Positions 1 to 9,291 of a DNA stretch of 58,535 bases are shown here, one piece after another (positions within the stretch are counted from its first letter, which is position 1; each line of letters starts with the position of its first letter). The notes under the pieces are model-generated. The model was not told the DNA's origin, ran no database searches, and saw only the letters and a program-made list of their open reading frames with translations. The position numbers and the translations under genes are program-made. Origin of the DNA: Akkermansia muciniphila (GTDB taxonomy: Bacteria; Verrucomicrobiota; Verrucomicrobiia; Chthoniobacterales; Chthoniobacteraceae); assembly GCA_945883955.1 (NCBI GenBank), contig CAMCYN010000001.1, positions 1 to 58,535 on the forward strand, in the 5' to 3' direction.

Positions 1-137
1 GTCATCTCCGACACGCCCAGCAACTTCGCCAGGTCCGGAAAAGAACAGGCCCCTAGGGCATCAAGGCGACTCCGAATCGCGTTCTGTCGTTCCGATTGGT
101 TCACGAGTCTGGACTCCACAACAGGTAAGGTGGTCAT
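1..137 (-). CDS. DeoR-family HTH transcriptional regulator, N-terminal part only (gene runs off the window start)
   Basis: My own minus-strand translation from ATG at 137 (alternative ATG at 152) gives MTTLPVVESRLVNQSERQNAIRSRLDALGACSFPDLAKLLGVSEMT. This matches the N-terminal HTH_DeoR pattern (..LGVSEMTIRRDL). It is absent from the ORF track because no stop lies inside the window. Confidence 0.4.
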   Translation of the reverse strand, partial: MTTLPVVESRLVNQSERQNAIRSRLDALGACSFPDLAKLLGVSEM

Positions 138-369
138 CTTGTGGCTCACCATATCACGAAACCGTGCCGCGTCAACATTTCCATGTGAATCTGTCACACC
201 AAACTCCGCAACCGCCCCAACTGTGCATGGTATAGCGCTGAGATCTGGCATTTCGCCTTGTCCGTCCACTCCTCGCGGCAAGTCGCTCCTTCGGGATGGG
301 GCACGGCCCGTACCCGCCCCGGGCCCTATTGGGGCGGGCATTGTAGAGCGCCCAGAGAGTGCGTGCCTT

Positions 370-772
370 GCGGGGAAACGGTTGGCATAAATGGAGGCGC
401 GCTCGGTGGGGACGAGCATCTCGGGTGTGTCGCAAATGGAGCAGTCTTTGAGGCGGTTCTGCACCTCGAAAGCTCGCGTGATAAAAGCGTGACCACCCGA
501 TTCATCGAGGCTCCAGAGCGACTCCTCGATGGCCTCGCCGTTCAAGAAAGTGAACTTCAGCGGATGCCACAATTCACAGTTAACGCTCAGGGGCAGCTCG
601 GCGTGCCATATTCTCGGAACAAGAAAGCCATACAGCTGCATCGCGACCTCATCCCTGGAGTTCGTAGACTCAACATCGAAACGGACAGAAGAGGGCACCT
701 GCGCCCGAGGAACATAGTAGTGGATGACGCCGTCGAGCGTCTGCGGGATGGCATCGGTGAAGAGATACTCGC
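370..772 (-). other. Coding-like minus-strand open frame without a credible start (possible 5'-truncated gene or pseudogene)
   Basis: Hand translation gives SEYLFTDAIPQTLDGVIHYYVPRAQVPSSVRFDVESTNSRDEVAMQLYGFLVPRIWHAELPLSVNCELWHPLKFTFLNGEAIEESLWSLDESGGHAFITRAFEVQNRLKDCSICDTPEMLVPTERASIYANRF. Third codon positions are G/C-rich, unlike the stretch 150-370. A TAA lies immediately upstream at 776-778. No stop separates this frame from the DeoR-like start. I did not recognise a family. Confidence 0.3.
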
Positions 773-775
773 TTT

Positions 776-797
776 AAAACTACGCCCACCGTTTGGC
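776..797 (+). repeat. 22-nt exact direct repeat AAAACTACGCCCACCGTTTGGC, upstream copy (relic of an AraC gene 3' end); partner at 1724..1745
   Basis: The string is identical at 776-797 and 1724-1745. In the AraC frame the upstream copy reads FKTTPTVWPE-stop (773-805), against FKTTPTVWRNSCRS-stop in the intact gene. Confidence 0.9.
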
Positions 798-946
798 CTG
801 AATAAGCGAAGAGGACGCTTCCGTCTTTTGGTGCGAATCATTTAACCGGGTGACTTCCACAGGCGGGAGAATGGCAGTCGCCGCGCGCAACCGGAAGAAC
901 GGTGGATTGCTAAAATCCGCAAATCTATGTCGGCTAGTTGCCCGCC

Positions 947-1765
947 ATGTATTTCCAGGAAGAATTCATCCAAGCTGGAACCGGGATATTTCCTCTTCGG
1001 CACGAGGTATATGTGGGACCGGGAAAGATCACCAATCAGCGCTTTATCCACGAGGGCATCCTGCTGGGGTACGACATTGAAGGCGCCACTTTCGAACAGA
1101 CTGACCACGGCGAATACTTTGTCTTACCGGGACAGGTTATCTGCCTGCCGCCCAAAACCTGGCACACCGTCACCGAAGATGGGGGAAAACCGTTGCAAAG
1201 TATCTGGATGGAACTTGTGGGGCCTGCGGCAGAATCGCTCGTCAAACTTTTTGGCACCTCCGCGCTTTGCCCCGTGGTTCAGCCCACCGCTCGAGAGGAG
1301 GTGTACCGACTCTTCCGCGAAATCGGCGTGGCCTTTCATTGCCCTGAACGAGTCCATCCGGCGCATTTTATGCAGCGGTTTTACCGGATCGCCGAACTTT
1401 GCCATGAAAGCAGCCCCGACGGCCCGGCCTTAAAACGCGCCGATGAAAGCCTGGCAGAACGCGCCAAACGGATCCTGGAATCAGGACTACATTTGTTCCC
1501 GAACGCTTCCAGGCTGGCGGAGAAACTGGGGGTAAGCACCAGTTCGTTGTTACAAGGCTGCAACAAGGAATTAGGGATCAGCACCACAACCCTCATCACC
1601 CGGGTCAAATTACACAAAGCCTGCGAACTCCTCCGTATCAGCGACCACAAACTCCTGCATATCGCCCAGTCCTGCGGCTTCCAGAGTCAGAGCCACTTCA
1701 TTTCCGCTTTCCGAAGCCACTTCAAAACTACGCCCACCGTTTGGCGTAACTCATGTCGGTCATGA
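947..1765 (+). CDS. AraC/XylS-family transcriptional regulator (cupin-like N-domain + C-terminal HTH)
   Basis: The C-terminus (LHIAQSCGFQSQSHFISAFRSHFKTTPTVWR) is a typical AraC second HTH. The track ORF starts at TTG 938; the first ATG is at 947. Confidence 0.85.
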   Translation: MYFQEEFIQAGTGIFPLRHEVYVGPGKITNQRFIHEGILLGYDIEGATFEQTDHGEYFVLPGQVICLPPKTWHTVTEDGGKPLQSIWMELVGPAAESLVKLFGTSALCPVVQPTAREEVYRLFREIGVAFHCPERVHPAHFMQRFYRIAELCHESSPDGPALKRADESLAERAKRILESGLHLFPNASRLAEKLGVSTSSLLQGCNKELGISTTTLITRVKLHKACELLRISDHKLLHIAQSCGFQSQSHFISAFRSHFKTTPTVWRNSCRS

Positions 1766-1970
1766 TTCGCGACCCGCACACCGGCGCCACTCGCGTGGCA
1801 GCACCAGGCACGATTTCCGTTGATACCAGAACTTTCTATCACCCAGAGCGACGCCACCGCGCGCTGGGTAATAGTTACTAAGCAGGCCTCGACATACAGA
1901 GTGCTAACAAGTGACGCACTGGTGTTCGCGATATCGGTCGGCCGCCGATTAATTATCAATAAGCCAAGTG

Positions 1971-3026
1971 TTATTTGGCAGCTTGTGCCTCACTCTTAGG
2001 TCGTATGCCCTTTGGCTCGAGAAGAAAGTCCTCCAGAGATTTATTATTATAACGAACCACAAATCGACGGTCTAAGTTGTGGTTCTTAACGGTTCGCAGA
2101 AACCCTTTAACTTTGTCGTATCCGGTAGGCGTCCCCGCCCCCCGGGAAGCACGCGCATCATAACGAGTTGCTCCAGCGATATTTAATTCCACATTACCGC
2201 CTTTTTGCAAAATATCCAGCATATCGGCCTCAGAGAAGCGGTTGCTGTTAATTTTCAGCACTAGCCGGTTACCGCGCGAATGAGCCCGCTGAGCCAAACC
2301 AGCCCATGTCCGACCCAGTTCCGAGCGTGTCCGCTCCGAGGCCTTTTCTTTCGCTGGATTGGTTTCCTGGAAGTCGTACTCAAATCCTTTAGCGGCCACC
2401 GGAGTATCCGACCCATTCCTGGGCGGAAGATTTAGATTCGAGAGTACAGGCTCATGGACAAGTAATAGAAGATTGGCGTCTACAAGTTCTGCGAAATGCC
2501 CGGCATGTATAGATACTTTTCTTTTCTCCAGAGAATCACCCTCGTCATCCCATAAATGAATCTCCTGACTTCGCCATTCGACTACTAACCCAAAACCTCT
2601 CGCCTTAAATGTACGAGCCAGCTCTTTCCAGGCATCCACTGAGAATTTGTTATTATGAGAATATAAAACAGTGGTACTTCCGAGTCGGGCCAGCTTGAGG
2701 AGCTGCTGTATCCCAAGCCGCTCAAGCGCAGGGGAATCCACATCATCGCCACCCAGCCCGCAGGGCTCTGATTGCGAAGGCGCAGCTAGCGGCATTGGCA
2801 TTTGTGCCTGTGAAACCAACGCAGAGCAAAACAGCGAAGCTAACGAAAGACAGAGAACACGCCGAGCCCCACTCAGGAGTTGGGTACAGGTTCCCGGGCA
2901 CTGGTTCAGGGCTTTATCTCGCGCCACAACTTTCCAGCCACCACCTGAATACGCTTCGGGCATTTTATTAGACATATTTTCGTTAGACTGCGATTTGCGA
3001 CTATTCACTTTCATAACAGATCCCAT
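1971..3026 (-). CDS. Hypothetical secreted protein (no family recognised)
   Basis: 351-aa ORF with an internal hydrophobic signal-like segment (RRVLCLSLASLFCSALVSQAQ). The gene and its upstream region are visibly more A/T-rich than the neighbours. Confidence 0.55.
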   Translation of the reverse strand: MGSVMKVNSRKSQSNENMSNKMPEAYSGGGWKVVARDKALNQCPGTCTQLLSGARRVLCLSLASLFCSALVSQAQMPMPLAAPSQSEPCGLGGDDVDSPALERLGIQQLLKLARLGSTTVLYSHNNKFSVDAWKELARTFKARGFGLVVEWRSQEIHLWDDEGDSLEKRKVSIHAGHFAELVDANLLLLVHEPVLSNLNLPPRNGSDTPVAAKGFEYDFQETNPAKEKASERTRSELGRTWAGLAQRAHSRGNRLVLKINSNRFSEADMLDILQKGGNVELNIAGATRYDARASRGAGTPTGYDKVKGFLRTVKNHNLDRRFVVRYNNKSLEDFLLEPKGIRPKSEAQAAK

Positions 3027-3340
3027 TAGATCTCAACCCATCACAAACGTCTCAACATCGCTTGTCTTTTACTGCGCAATTATTGCCCATTCCAAATCGC
3101 ACCTCCCACACAAAGGCGCAGCGCGACATAAAATACAACACACGACAACCACAGCCCTTAATTCAACTCCATCCACAAGCAACTATCATGCTTAAATATC
3201 GAGATTACGAAGTTAAAGCCCCATACTTAGCCCCGCGTTCGCGGGGTTAACAAAAACCGTCGCTTCAAGTACAATCAAGGCGACTACAAGCTCCCGCCCC
3301 CTGAACTGTCCTGCGCCCGGCTCCCTCCCCCTCCTCACCT

Positions 3341-4651
3341 ATGAACCCTCCATTTTCTTCGCTGGATTTCGCCTCAATCGCTCACATGCGCCGACGCAAT
3401 TTCTTGAAGGCTGGCTGCGCCAGTCTTTTGGGTCTCGGAGTCGCAGGACACTCCGGGGCGGCGGAATCGGTTCCCATCCCTCCCTCGGCCAAAGCAAAGT
3501 CGCTCATCCATATCTTCCTCCCCGGTGCCATGGCCCAGCACGAGTCCTGGGATCCCAAACCCGAAGCAATGTCCGCGGTCCGCGGAGAGTTTGGAGCGAT
3601 CAACACCAAGCTCTCGGGGATCCAATTCGGGGAGCTTCTGGCAAAAACCGCCGGTATCGCGGACAAACTGACCTTGATGCGCGGTGTCTGGCACAACGAA
3701 GCCGCCCACGAACGTGGAGTCCAAACGATGATGACCGGCTGGCGGCCGAGTCCGGCGATCATTTATCCGAGTCTGGGCAGCGTGATCTCCCACGAACTCG
3801 GCTCGCAGCGTAACCTGCCGCCGTATGTGTGTATTCCCACTTCCGGGCCGCAGTCGCAGGCCGGGTATTTGGGCGATGTCTATGGACCTTTTGACGTGGG
3901 CAGCACCCCGTCCGCCGGAGGATTTGAAGTGCGGGATCTGGCATTACCCAAGGGCATCGATCCGGCCCGGTTTGATATCCGGCGCGGCTTGCGGGACGTG
4001 GTGCAGCAGAACTTCCAGCCGTTAGCGGCTGAACCCGCTGTGTTGGCGATGAACGAGTTTTATCAGAAAGCTTACGGCATGATCTCGGAGCCGGTGGCGC
4101 GCGAAGCTTTTAATCTCGGCGCTGAACCCCAGCACATCCGCGAGGCGTACGGTCTCAATCCCGCCGGGCAGACCTTGTTGCTGGCGCGACGACTGGCGCA
4201 GTCCGGCGTGCGCTTCATCACAGCCAATTACGGCTCTTGGGATCACCACAAGGGCTTGCGCAAAGGATTACAGGAGCAGTTACCCGCTTTCGACCAGGCG
4301 TTTGCCGCGCTCATCGCTGATCTCGATGCGCAGGGCCTGCTCGACGAAGTGCTGGTGGTGGTCTCCTCGGATTTTGGGCGCACGCCAAAAATGAACATCG
4401 ATGGTGGCCGCGACCATTGGACGAAGTGTTTCAGCGTCGCGATGGCCGGGGCAGGGTTGAAGCGGGGAATGGTCCATGGCGTTTCGGATTCGACAGGGGC
4501 CGAGCCGCTGGAAGGAGCGGTAGCCGCCGAAGATTACGGCGCGACGGTGCTGCATTTGATGGGGATGTCCCTCGAGAAGCGCCTGATGGCTCCGGGCAAC
4601 CGTCCCATCGCCATCACAAGCGGCAAACCCGTGCAGGCCATTCTGGCGTAG
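3341..4651 (+). CDS. DUF1501 domain protein (sulfatase-fold-like) with a twin-arginine signal
   Basis: Tat motif MRRRNFLKAGCASLLGLGVAG. Typical DUF1501 C-terminal blocks are present (SDFGRTPKMNIDGGRDHW). It is paralogous to 11981..13474. Confidence 0.85.
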   Translation: MNPPFSSLDFASIAHMRRRNFLKAGCASLLGLGVAGHSGAAESVPIPPSAKAKSLIHIFLPGAMAQHESWDPKPEAMSAVRGEFGAINTKLSGIQFGELLAKTAGIADKLTLMRGVWHNEAAHERGVQTMMTGWRPSPAIIYPSLGSVISHELGSQRNLPPYVCIPTSGPQSQAGYLGDVYGPFDVGSTPSAGGFEVRDLALPKGIDPARFDIRRGLRDVVQQNFQPLAAEPAVLAMNEFYQKAYGMISEPVAREAFNLGAEPQHIREAYGLNPAGQTLLLARRLAQSGVRFITANYGSWDHHKGLRKGLQEQLPAFDQAFAALIADLDAQGLLDEVLVVVSSDFGRTPKMNIDGGRDHWTKCFSVAMAGAGLKRGMVHGVSDSTGAEPLEGAVAAEDYGATVLHLMGMSLEKRLMAPGNRPIAITSGKPVQAILA

Positions 4652-4697
4652 CGGCAATTCGCCGCCCCCCACAGAACCTCTACCCCCTGGAACCACT

Positions 4698-6872
4698 ATG
4701 CGCAGATTCTTCGTATTCTGGATGATGCTGGCCGCTTCTCTTTCGGTCCAAGCTGCTTCCCCGATCCTCTTAGCCATTGAACCCCCGTGTGGACAGGCTG
4801 GCACGACGCAGGAAGTGGTTTTGCGGGGGATGTACCTGGAGGACATCGAGGCGGTTCACGTCCATGAACCCGGAGTGAAGGTGACATTACTCGATTGGGC
4901 TCCAGCACAGGGAGGCGATGTGCGGTTACGCGAAAAGCGGGCCAGGATCGAAATTGAGCCGGGACATCAACCCGGGAACGTCCACCTCCGAGTTCGGACG
5001 CGGACGGGAATTTCCCCTCCCCGTTCCTTTCACATTAACCGTTTGCCAATCGTCAACGAGGTCGAGGCCGAGACCTCTACAAAGGCGAGCGCCCAGTTGG
5101 TAAGAATGGAGCACACAGCGTGGGGGCATCTGCGGCGGTACGAAACAGATTGGTACCGGATTCCCTTAAAAAAGGGCCAGCGGTGTAGTCTGGAGGTGCT
5201 GGGATTGCGGATCTCGGCCACCTACCTGGACGTTGTGCTGCAGATTTTTACACCGGACGGAAAACTGTTCCGTGAGACCGATACGTCGACTCTCTATTAC
5301 CACGATCCGGTGTGTTCGTTTCAGGCAACGATGGACGGCGAGTATCGCGTTTCGTTGCGGGATACCCGCAATAACTTTGATCAGGATGACGCTCGCTACG
5401 GCTTTGGAAAGGACTGCATGTATGTCATGCACGTGGGGGATTATCCGCAACCCGAGACGGTGTGGCCGTTGGGTGGAGCGATGGGAGAAACGAAAAGTTT
5501 GGTGTTTAATGGCGGTGAGGGCGGCCCATTTCGCCAGGAGGTCACTTTTAGTAAACGCGAGTCGTTTGTTCGAAGCGAACCTGTGGGACCAGACAAGGGC
5601 CCCTGGGCATTCCAGAATCCCGAGGCCGTGTACCCCGTTCAAAATGGCGTAACGGGCACAGGCCCGGTGTTCGTGATGGCATCGTCACTTCCGCCCGTTG
5701 TGGAGGAAGCCAAACACGACGCGGCACCGATCGCGCAGGTGTTACCGCAGGTTCCCTGTGTGGTGGACGGCCTCATCGGCAGGTCTGGCGAAGTGGACTG
5801 GTATTCCATCCAGGGAAAAAAGGGGGACGTATTGCACGTGGAGGTTTACGCACGACGCCTTCGCTCGAAGCTGGATTCCGTGCTGAAGGCCGTCGCTGGA
5901 GGGAACACGGTGGAGAATGACGACTTGCGGAAATACACAGTCGATTCGTCGCTGAATATCAAAATGGAGGCGGACACCTGCCTGGTGAGTGTCACTGATG
6001 TGCGAGGGGAAGGCGGGGCAGATTATTCGTACCGACTGGTGGTGGAACGTCCTCGTTCGCGCGGAGTGTTAACCACCGAGGCCGTTGAAAAGCAGACGCT
6101 GTTGCCCCGGTTTCGGGCAGGAATTCAAGCTGCCGTACCTCGTGGCGGGCGTACGCTGTTACTGTTGAGGACAAGCGAGGAAGGGGAACGTTTACCGGCA
6201 TTTCGGGCCGAGATCTCCGGGTTGCCCAAAGGAGTCTCAGTAGAGGCGGCACAAGTCGCGCCGCAGCAGACCTATCACCCCGTTGTTTTGTCGGCAGCGG
6301 AAGCCGCCCCGCTGGATGCCACGTTTGCCACACCCCGGGGTGTGCCGCTCAACGGGGGCTCGCCCATTGAGTTTCAGCAGGACGTCGGATTGATCCATGG
6401 TCACCCGGCGCAAACCACCTGGCATACCGCATATTTCCGGCAGGTGGCGGTGGCGACGGTGGAAAAGCTGCCCTTCAGCGTGACGATGAGTCTGGTGGAG
6501 CCACGCGCAGCAAAGGGAGGTAAGGCGAAGGTGGTTCTCCATGTAACGCGTGACGCCGGTGCGGCTTTTCCGGTGATGTTGATGTTCCCGTGTCAGCCTC
6601 CCGGCGGAGATCTGGGGATGCTGGAGGTGCCGGCGAATCAATCAGAAGTTGAGGCGTCTTTTGAAATCAGCGCGGACGCCCCAAGTGGTCTCTGGCCTCT
6701 GGTTGCGGTCGCCACCGATACGGATCTCGCGCACTTAAGGGACGGAGGCTGGCCGTATTATGATCTTAAGCCCAAGGACGGAAAGAAGATGGAGGCCCAT
6801 GGTTTGAACTGGACCTGTACACCGATCACTTATCTCGAAATCACGCCCAAAACAGCCGATTCCGCAAAATGA
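4698..6872 (+). CDS. Secreted protein with two pre-peptidase C-terminal (PPC)-like domains
   Basis: Signal peptide MRRFFVFWMMLAASLSVQA. Two DWY..G..L.V blocks (TDWYRIPLKKGQRCSLEVLG and VDWYSIQGKKGDVLHVEVYA) are typical of PPC domains. Confidence 0.55.
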   Translation: MRRFFVFWMMLAASLSVQAASPILLAIEPPCGQAGTTQEVVLRGMYLEDIEAVHVHEPGVKVTLLDWAPAQGGDVRLREKRARIEIEPGHQPGNVHLRVRTRTGISPPRSFHINRLPIVNEVEAETSTKASAQLVRMEHTAWGHLRRYETDWYRIPLKKGQRCSLEVLGLRISATYLDVVLQIFTPDGKLFRETDTSTLYYHDPVCSFQATMDGEYRVSLRDTRNNFDQDDARYGFGKDCMYVMHVGDYPQPETVWPLGGAMGETKSLVFNGGEGGPFRQEVTFSKRESFVRSEPVGPDKGPWAFQNPEAVYPVQNGVTGTGPVFVMASSLPPVVEEAKHDAAPIAQVLPQVPCVVDGLIGRSGEVDWYSIQGKKGDVLHVEVYARRLRSKLDSVLKAVAGGNTVENDDLRKYTVDSSLNIKMEADTCLVSVTDVRGEGGADYSYRLVVERPRSRGVLTTEAVEKQTLLPRFRAGIQAAVPRGGRTLLLLRTSEEGERLPAFRAEISGLPKGVSVEAAQVAPQQTYHPVVLSAAEAAPLDATFATPRGVPLNGGSPIEFQQDVGLIHGHPAQTTWHTAYFRQVAVATVEKLPFSVTMSLVEPRAAKGGKAKVVLHVTRDAGAAFPVMLMFPCQPPGGDLGMLEVPANQSEVEASFEISADAPSGLWPLVAVATDTDLAHLRDGGWPYYDLKPKDGKKMEAHGLNWTCTPITYLEITPKTADSAK

Positions 6873-9286
6873 AAACCTTCTTTTCGCTCTGTCTCATCGT
6901 GTGTTTTGCGCGCATCAGCGCTGCCGCCACGCTCGGGATTTTTCCGCCCGAAATCCGTATCGGCCCGAAGACGAATCACCAGCCTGTGGTGATCAGTTTT
7001 ACTGATGAGGCCGGTTTTACGCAGGATGTCAGTGGGGCAGCAAAGGCGACTTTTGCTGTGCCGGGGATCGCCGAATGGACCGTACAAGAGTTGCATGCGA
7101 CTGCCACAGGCGACACGACGTTGACCGTGGAGTACCGCGGCCACAAGGCCAGCGCACCCGTAAAAGTGCGGGCGCTGGAGCCAGAACGCGTTTCGTATCT
7201 TACCGAAGTCGGACCGGTCCTGATGCGGTACGGCTGTAATGGCGGTGGGTGTCATGGCGCTTCACGTGGGAAGGAAGGCTTCCGGTTGTCTCTTTTTGGG
7301 TACGATCCCGAAATCGATTATTTCCGCCTTACCCGGGAATTTGTGAACCGCCGCGTCAACCTTGCGGCTCCCGAAGAAAGTCTCCTTCTTCTTAAAGCGT
7401 CCAATGAACTCCCTCATGGCGGAGGCAAAAAGCTGGTTCCCAGCGACCCGAATTATGAGCTGTTACGCCGCTGGATTGCGGCTGGAGCTGAGGAAGACAC
7501 CTCTTCCTCGGTACACATGGCCTCTGTATCGGTGTTCCCTTCGGTGTTAACCCTGGACGCCAAAGGCCAGACTCACGCAGTCCGCGTGATTGCCTCGATG
7601 AGTGACGGCACACGTCGCGATGTGACGCATCTGAGCATCCTGGAGACCTCAGACAAATCCGTGGCGAGCGTGAACGCCGACGGGCTGATTACGAGCCATC
7701 GGCGCGGGGAAGCCTTTGTGTCCGTGCGTTTGCCGGCACTCATCACCGGTGTGCGGGTGGATGTGGTGCCACGTTTGGCTTCGCCACTGCCGCCATCCCC
7801 CGTGGCGTTTAACTTCATCGACAAACACGTATTTGCGCGACTGCAACAGCTCCGGATTGTACCGGCGGAACTTGCCGACGACCGAACCTTTATCCGACGG
7901 GTGTATATCGACACCATTGGTCTTCTGCCGACGGCCGAGGAAGTCACCGCATTTCTCACCGATACGAGTCCTCAAAAACGCGTACATCTGATTGATACGC
8001 TGCTGCAACGCGGCGAGTTCATCGAACTCTGGACGATGAAATGGATGGAGCGCCTGCAGGCGCGAAGCATCGTAAACGCGTCTGCGGGTATCCAGAAAGC
8101 GACGCTTAAATATTCTGATTGGATGAATCGGCAGCTCTCGGATCGGGTGCCAATGAATCAGATCTTTCGAAACATGATCGGCAGCACCGGGACCTGGATC
8201 GAGCAACCCGAGACCAACTTTTACCGCGAAAAAGATCCCAAGATCCTCATGGAAAACATGAGCCAGCTCTTTCTCGGAGCCCGCTTGCAGTGCGCCCAGT
8301 GTCACAACCATCCCTTCGATCGCTGGACCCAAAATGATTATTACGGAATGGCGGCATTCTTTTCGCGGGTGGGCAAGAAGTCGGTCGAAGACATGCAGGA
8401 CATGATGGTCTTTGAGAATCGAACCGGTGAGATGCTGCATCCGGTCACCCAAACGGAAATGGCACCCAAATTCCTGGGTGGAGCGACCCCGAAAACAGGC
8501 GCCATGGACCGGCGCAAGGTGCTTGCGGACTGGCTCACCTCCAAGGACAACACACTTGTGGCCAAGAACCTGTCGAACATCTACTGGCAGCATTTCTTCG
8601 GGGTCGGCATCATTGACCCGGTCGATGATGTTCGCGTCTCCAACCCGCCATCGAACCCCGCTCTGCTAGACGCACTGGCGAAACGCCTGACCGAGGCCAA
8701 TTTCGATTTCCGTACCCTGATAAGAGACATCCTGAATTCGCGCACTTATCAGCAGGCCTCGTTGCCCAACGAAACCAACCGGAACGATCAACGCAACTTC
8801 TCACGCTGTTATCCGAGACGACCGCAGGCTGAAGTCCTGTTGGACTGTATCAACGAAGTTACGGGGTATCATCCCGCCTTGAGCCGTCTCGAATTGCCCG
8901 GAAACAGGGCTGTCCAGATCGCGGATGGCGGTACAACCACCCCGTTCCTGACTTTGTTCGGCCGCAGCCGGCGCGAAACACCTTGCTCCTGTGAGACCAA
9001 GTCCGCGCCTACACTCCCGCAGGCACTGCATCTCATCAATGGAGACACCGTCACCAGCAGCATTCGAAATGGGGGGCAGATTCCAAAATGGCTAAAGCGC
9101 TTCGACGGTGACCTGGAGAAAGTGATCGACCACGCCGTGCTTTCGACACTCGGTCGAAATCCGACGGATGCAGAAAAGACGGCCTTTGCCCAAGCCCTCC
9201 AAACCCATCCGGGCGGGAAAGACGCCGCTTTGGAAGACATTCTTTGGACGCTACTGAACAGTTCCGAGTTCCTCTTTAACCACTAA
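6869..9286 (+). CDS. Big_2 + DUF1549 (PSCyt2) + DUF1553 (PSD1) protein
   Basis: ATGA overlap with the upstream gene. Hallmark blocks are LQCAQCHNHPFDRWTQNDYYGMAAFF and NIYWQHFFGVGIIDPVDDVRVSNPPSNPALLDALA. Big_2-like segments lie in the N-terminal third. Confidence 0.85.
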   Translation: MKTFFSLCLIVCFARISAAATLGIFPPEIRIGPKTNHQPVVISFTDEAGFTQDVSGAAKATFAVPGIAEWTVQELHATATGDTTLTVEYRGHKASAPVKVRALEPERVSYLTEVGPVLMRYGCNGGGCHGASRGKEGFRLSLFGYDPEIDYFRLTREFVNRRVNLAAPEESLLLLKASNELPHGGGKKLVPSDPNYELLRRWIAAGAEEDTSSSVHMASVSVFPSVLTLDAKGQTHAVRVIASMSDGTRRDVTHLSILETSDKSVASVNADGLITSHRRGEAFVSVRLPALITGVRVDVVPRLASPLPPSPVAFNFIDKHVFARLQQLRIVPAELADDRTFIRRVYIDTIGLLPTAEEVTAFLTDTSPQKRVHLIDTLLQRGEFIELWTMKWMERLQARSIVNASAGIQKATLKYSDWMNRQLSDRVPMNQIFRNMIGSTGTWIEQPETNFYREKDPKILMENMSQLFLGARLQCAQCHNHPFDRWTQNDYYGMAAFFSRVGKKSVEDMQDMMVFENRTGEMLHPVTQTEMAPKFLGGATPKTGAMDRRKVLADWLTSKDNTLVAKNLSNIYWQHFFGVGIIDPVDDVRVSNPPSNPALLDALAKRLTEANFDFRTLIRDILNSRTYQQASLPNETNRNDQRNFSRCYPRRPQAEVLLDCINEVTGYHPALSRLELPGNRAVQIADGGTTTPFLTLFGRSRRETPCSCETKSAPTLPQALHLINGDTVTSSIRNGGQIPKWLKRFDGDLEKVIDHAVLSTLGRNPTDAEKTAFAQALQTHPGGKDAALEDILWTLLNSSEFLFNH

Positions 9287-9291
9287 ACACA

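Noticed and set aside
3231-3246. Short perfect hairpin CCCCGCG-TT-CGCGGGG in the divergent promoter region upstream of the DUF1501 gene.
   Set aside because: The loop is too small for a stable terminator, there is no U-tract, and the position is upstream of both flanking genes. It is probably incidental.
7649-8593. Many long ORFs on the track lie antisense to, or out of frame with, the called genes. Examples are 7649..8593, 9580..10296, 13667..14638, 21218..21889, 28261..28935, 30419..31348, 44415..45359, 46611..47600 and 52433..53197.
   Set aside because: Their translations are Arg/Pro/Gly/Ser-rich and low in complexity, with no recognisable motifs. Each overlaps a gene with clear family signatures. 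These are typical shadow ORFs of GC-rich DNA.
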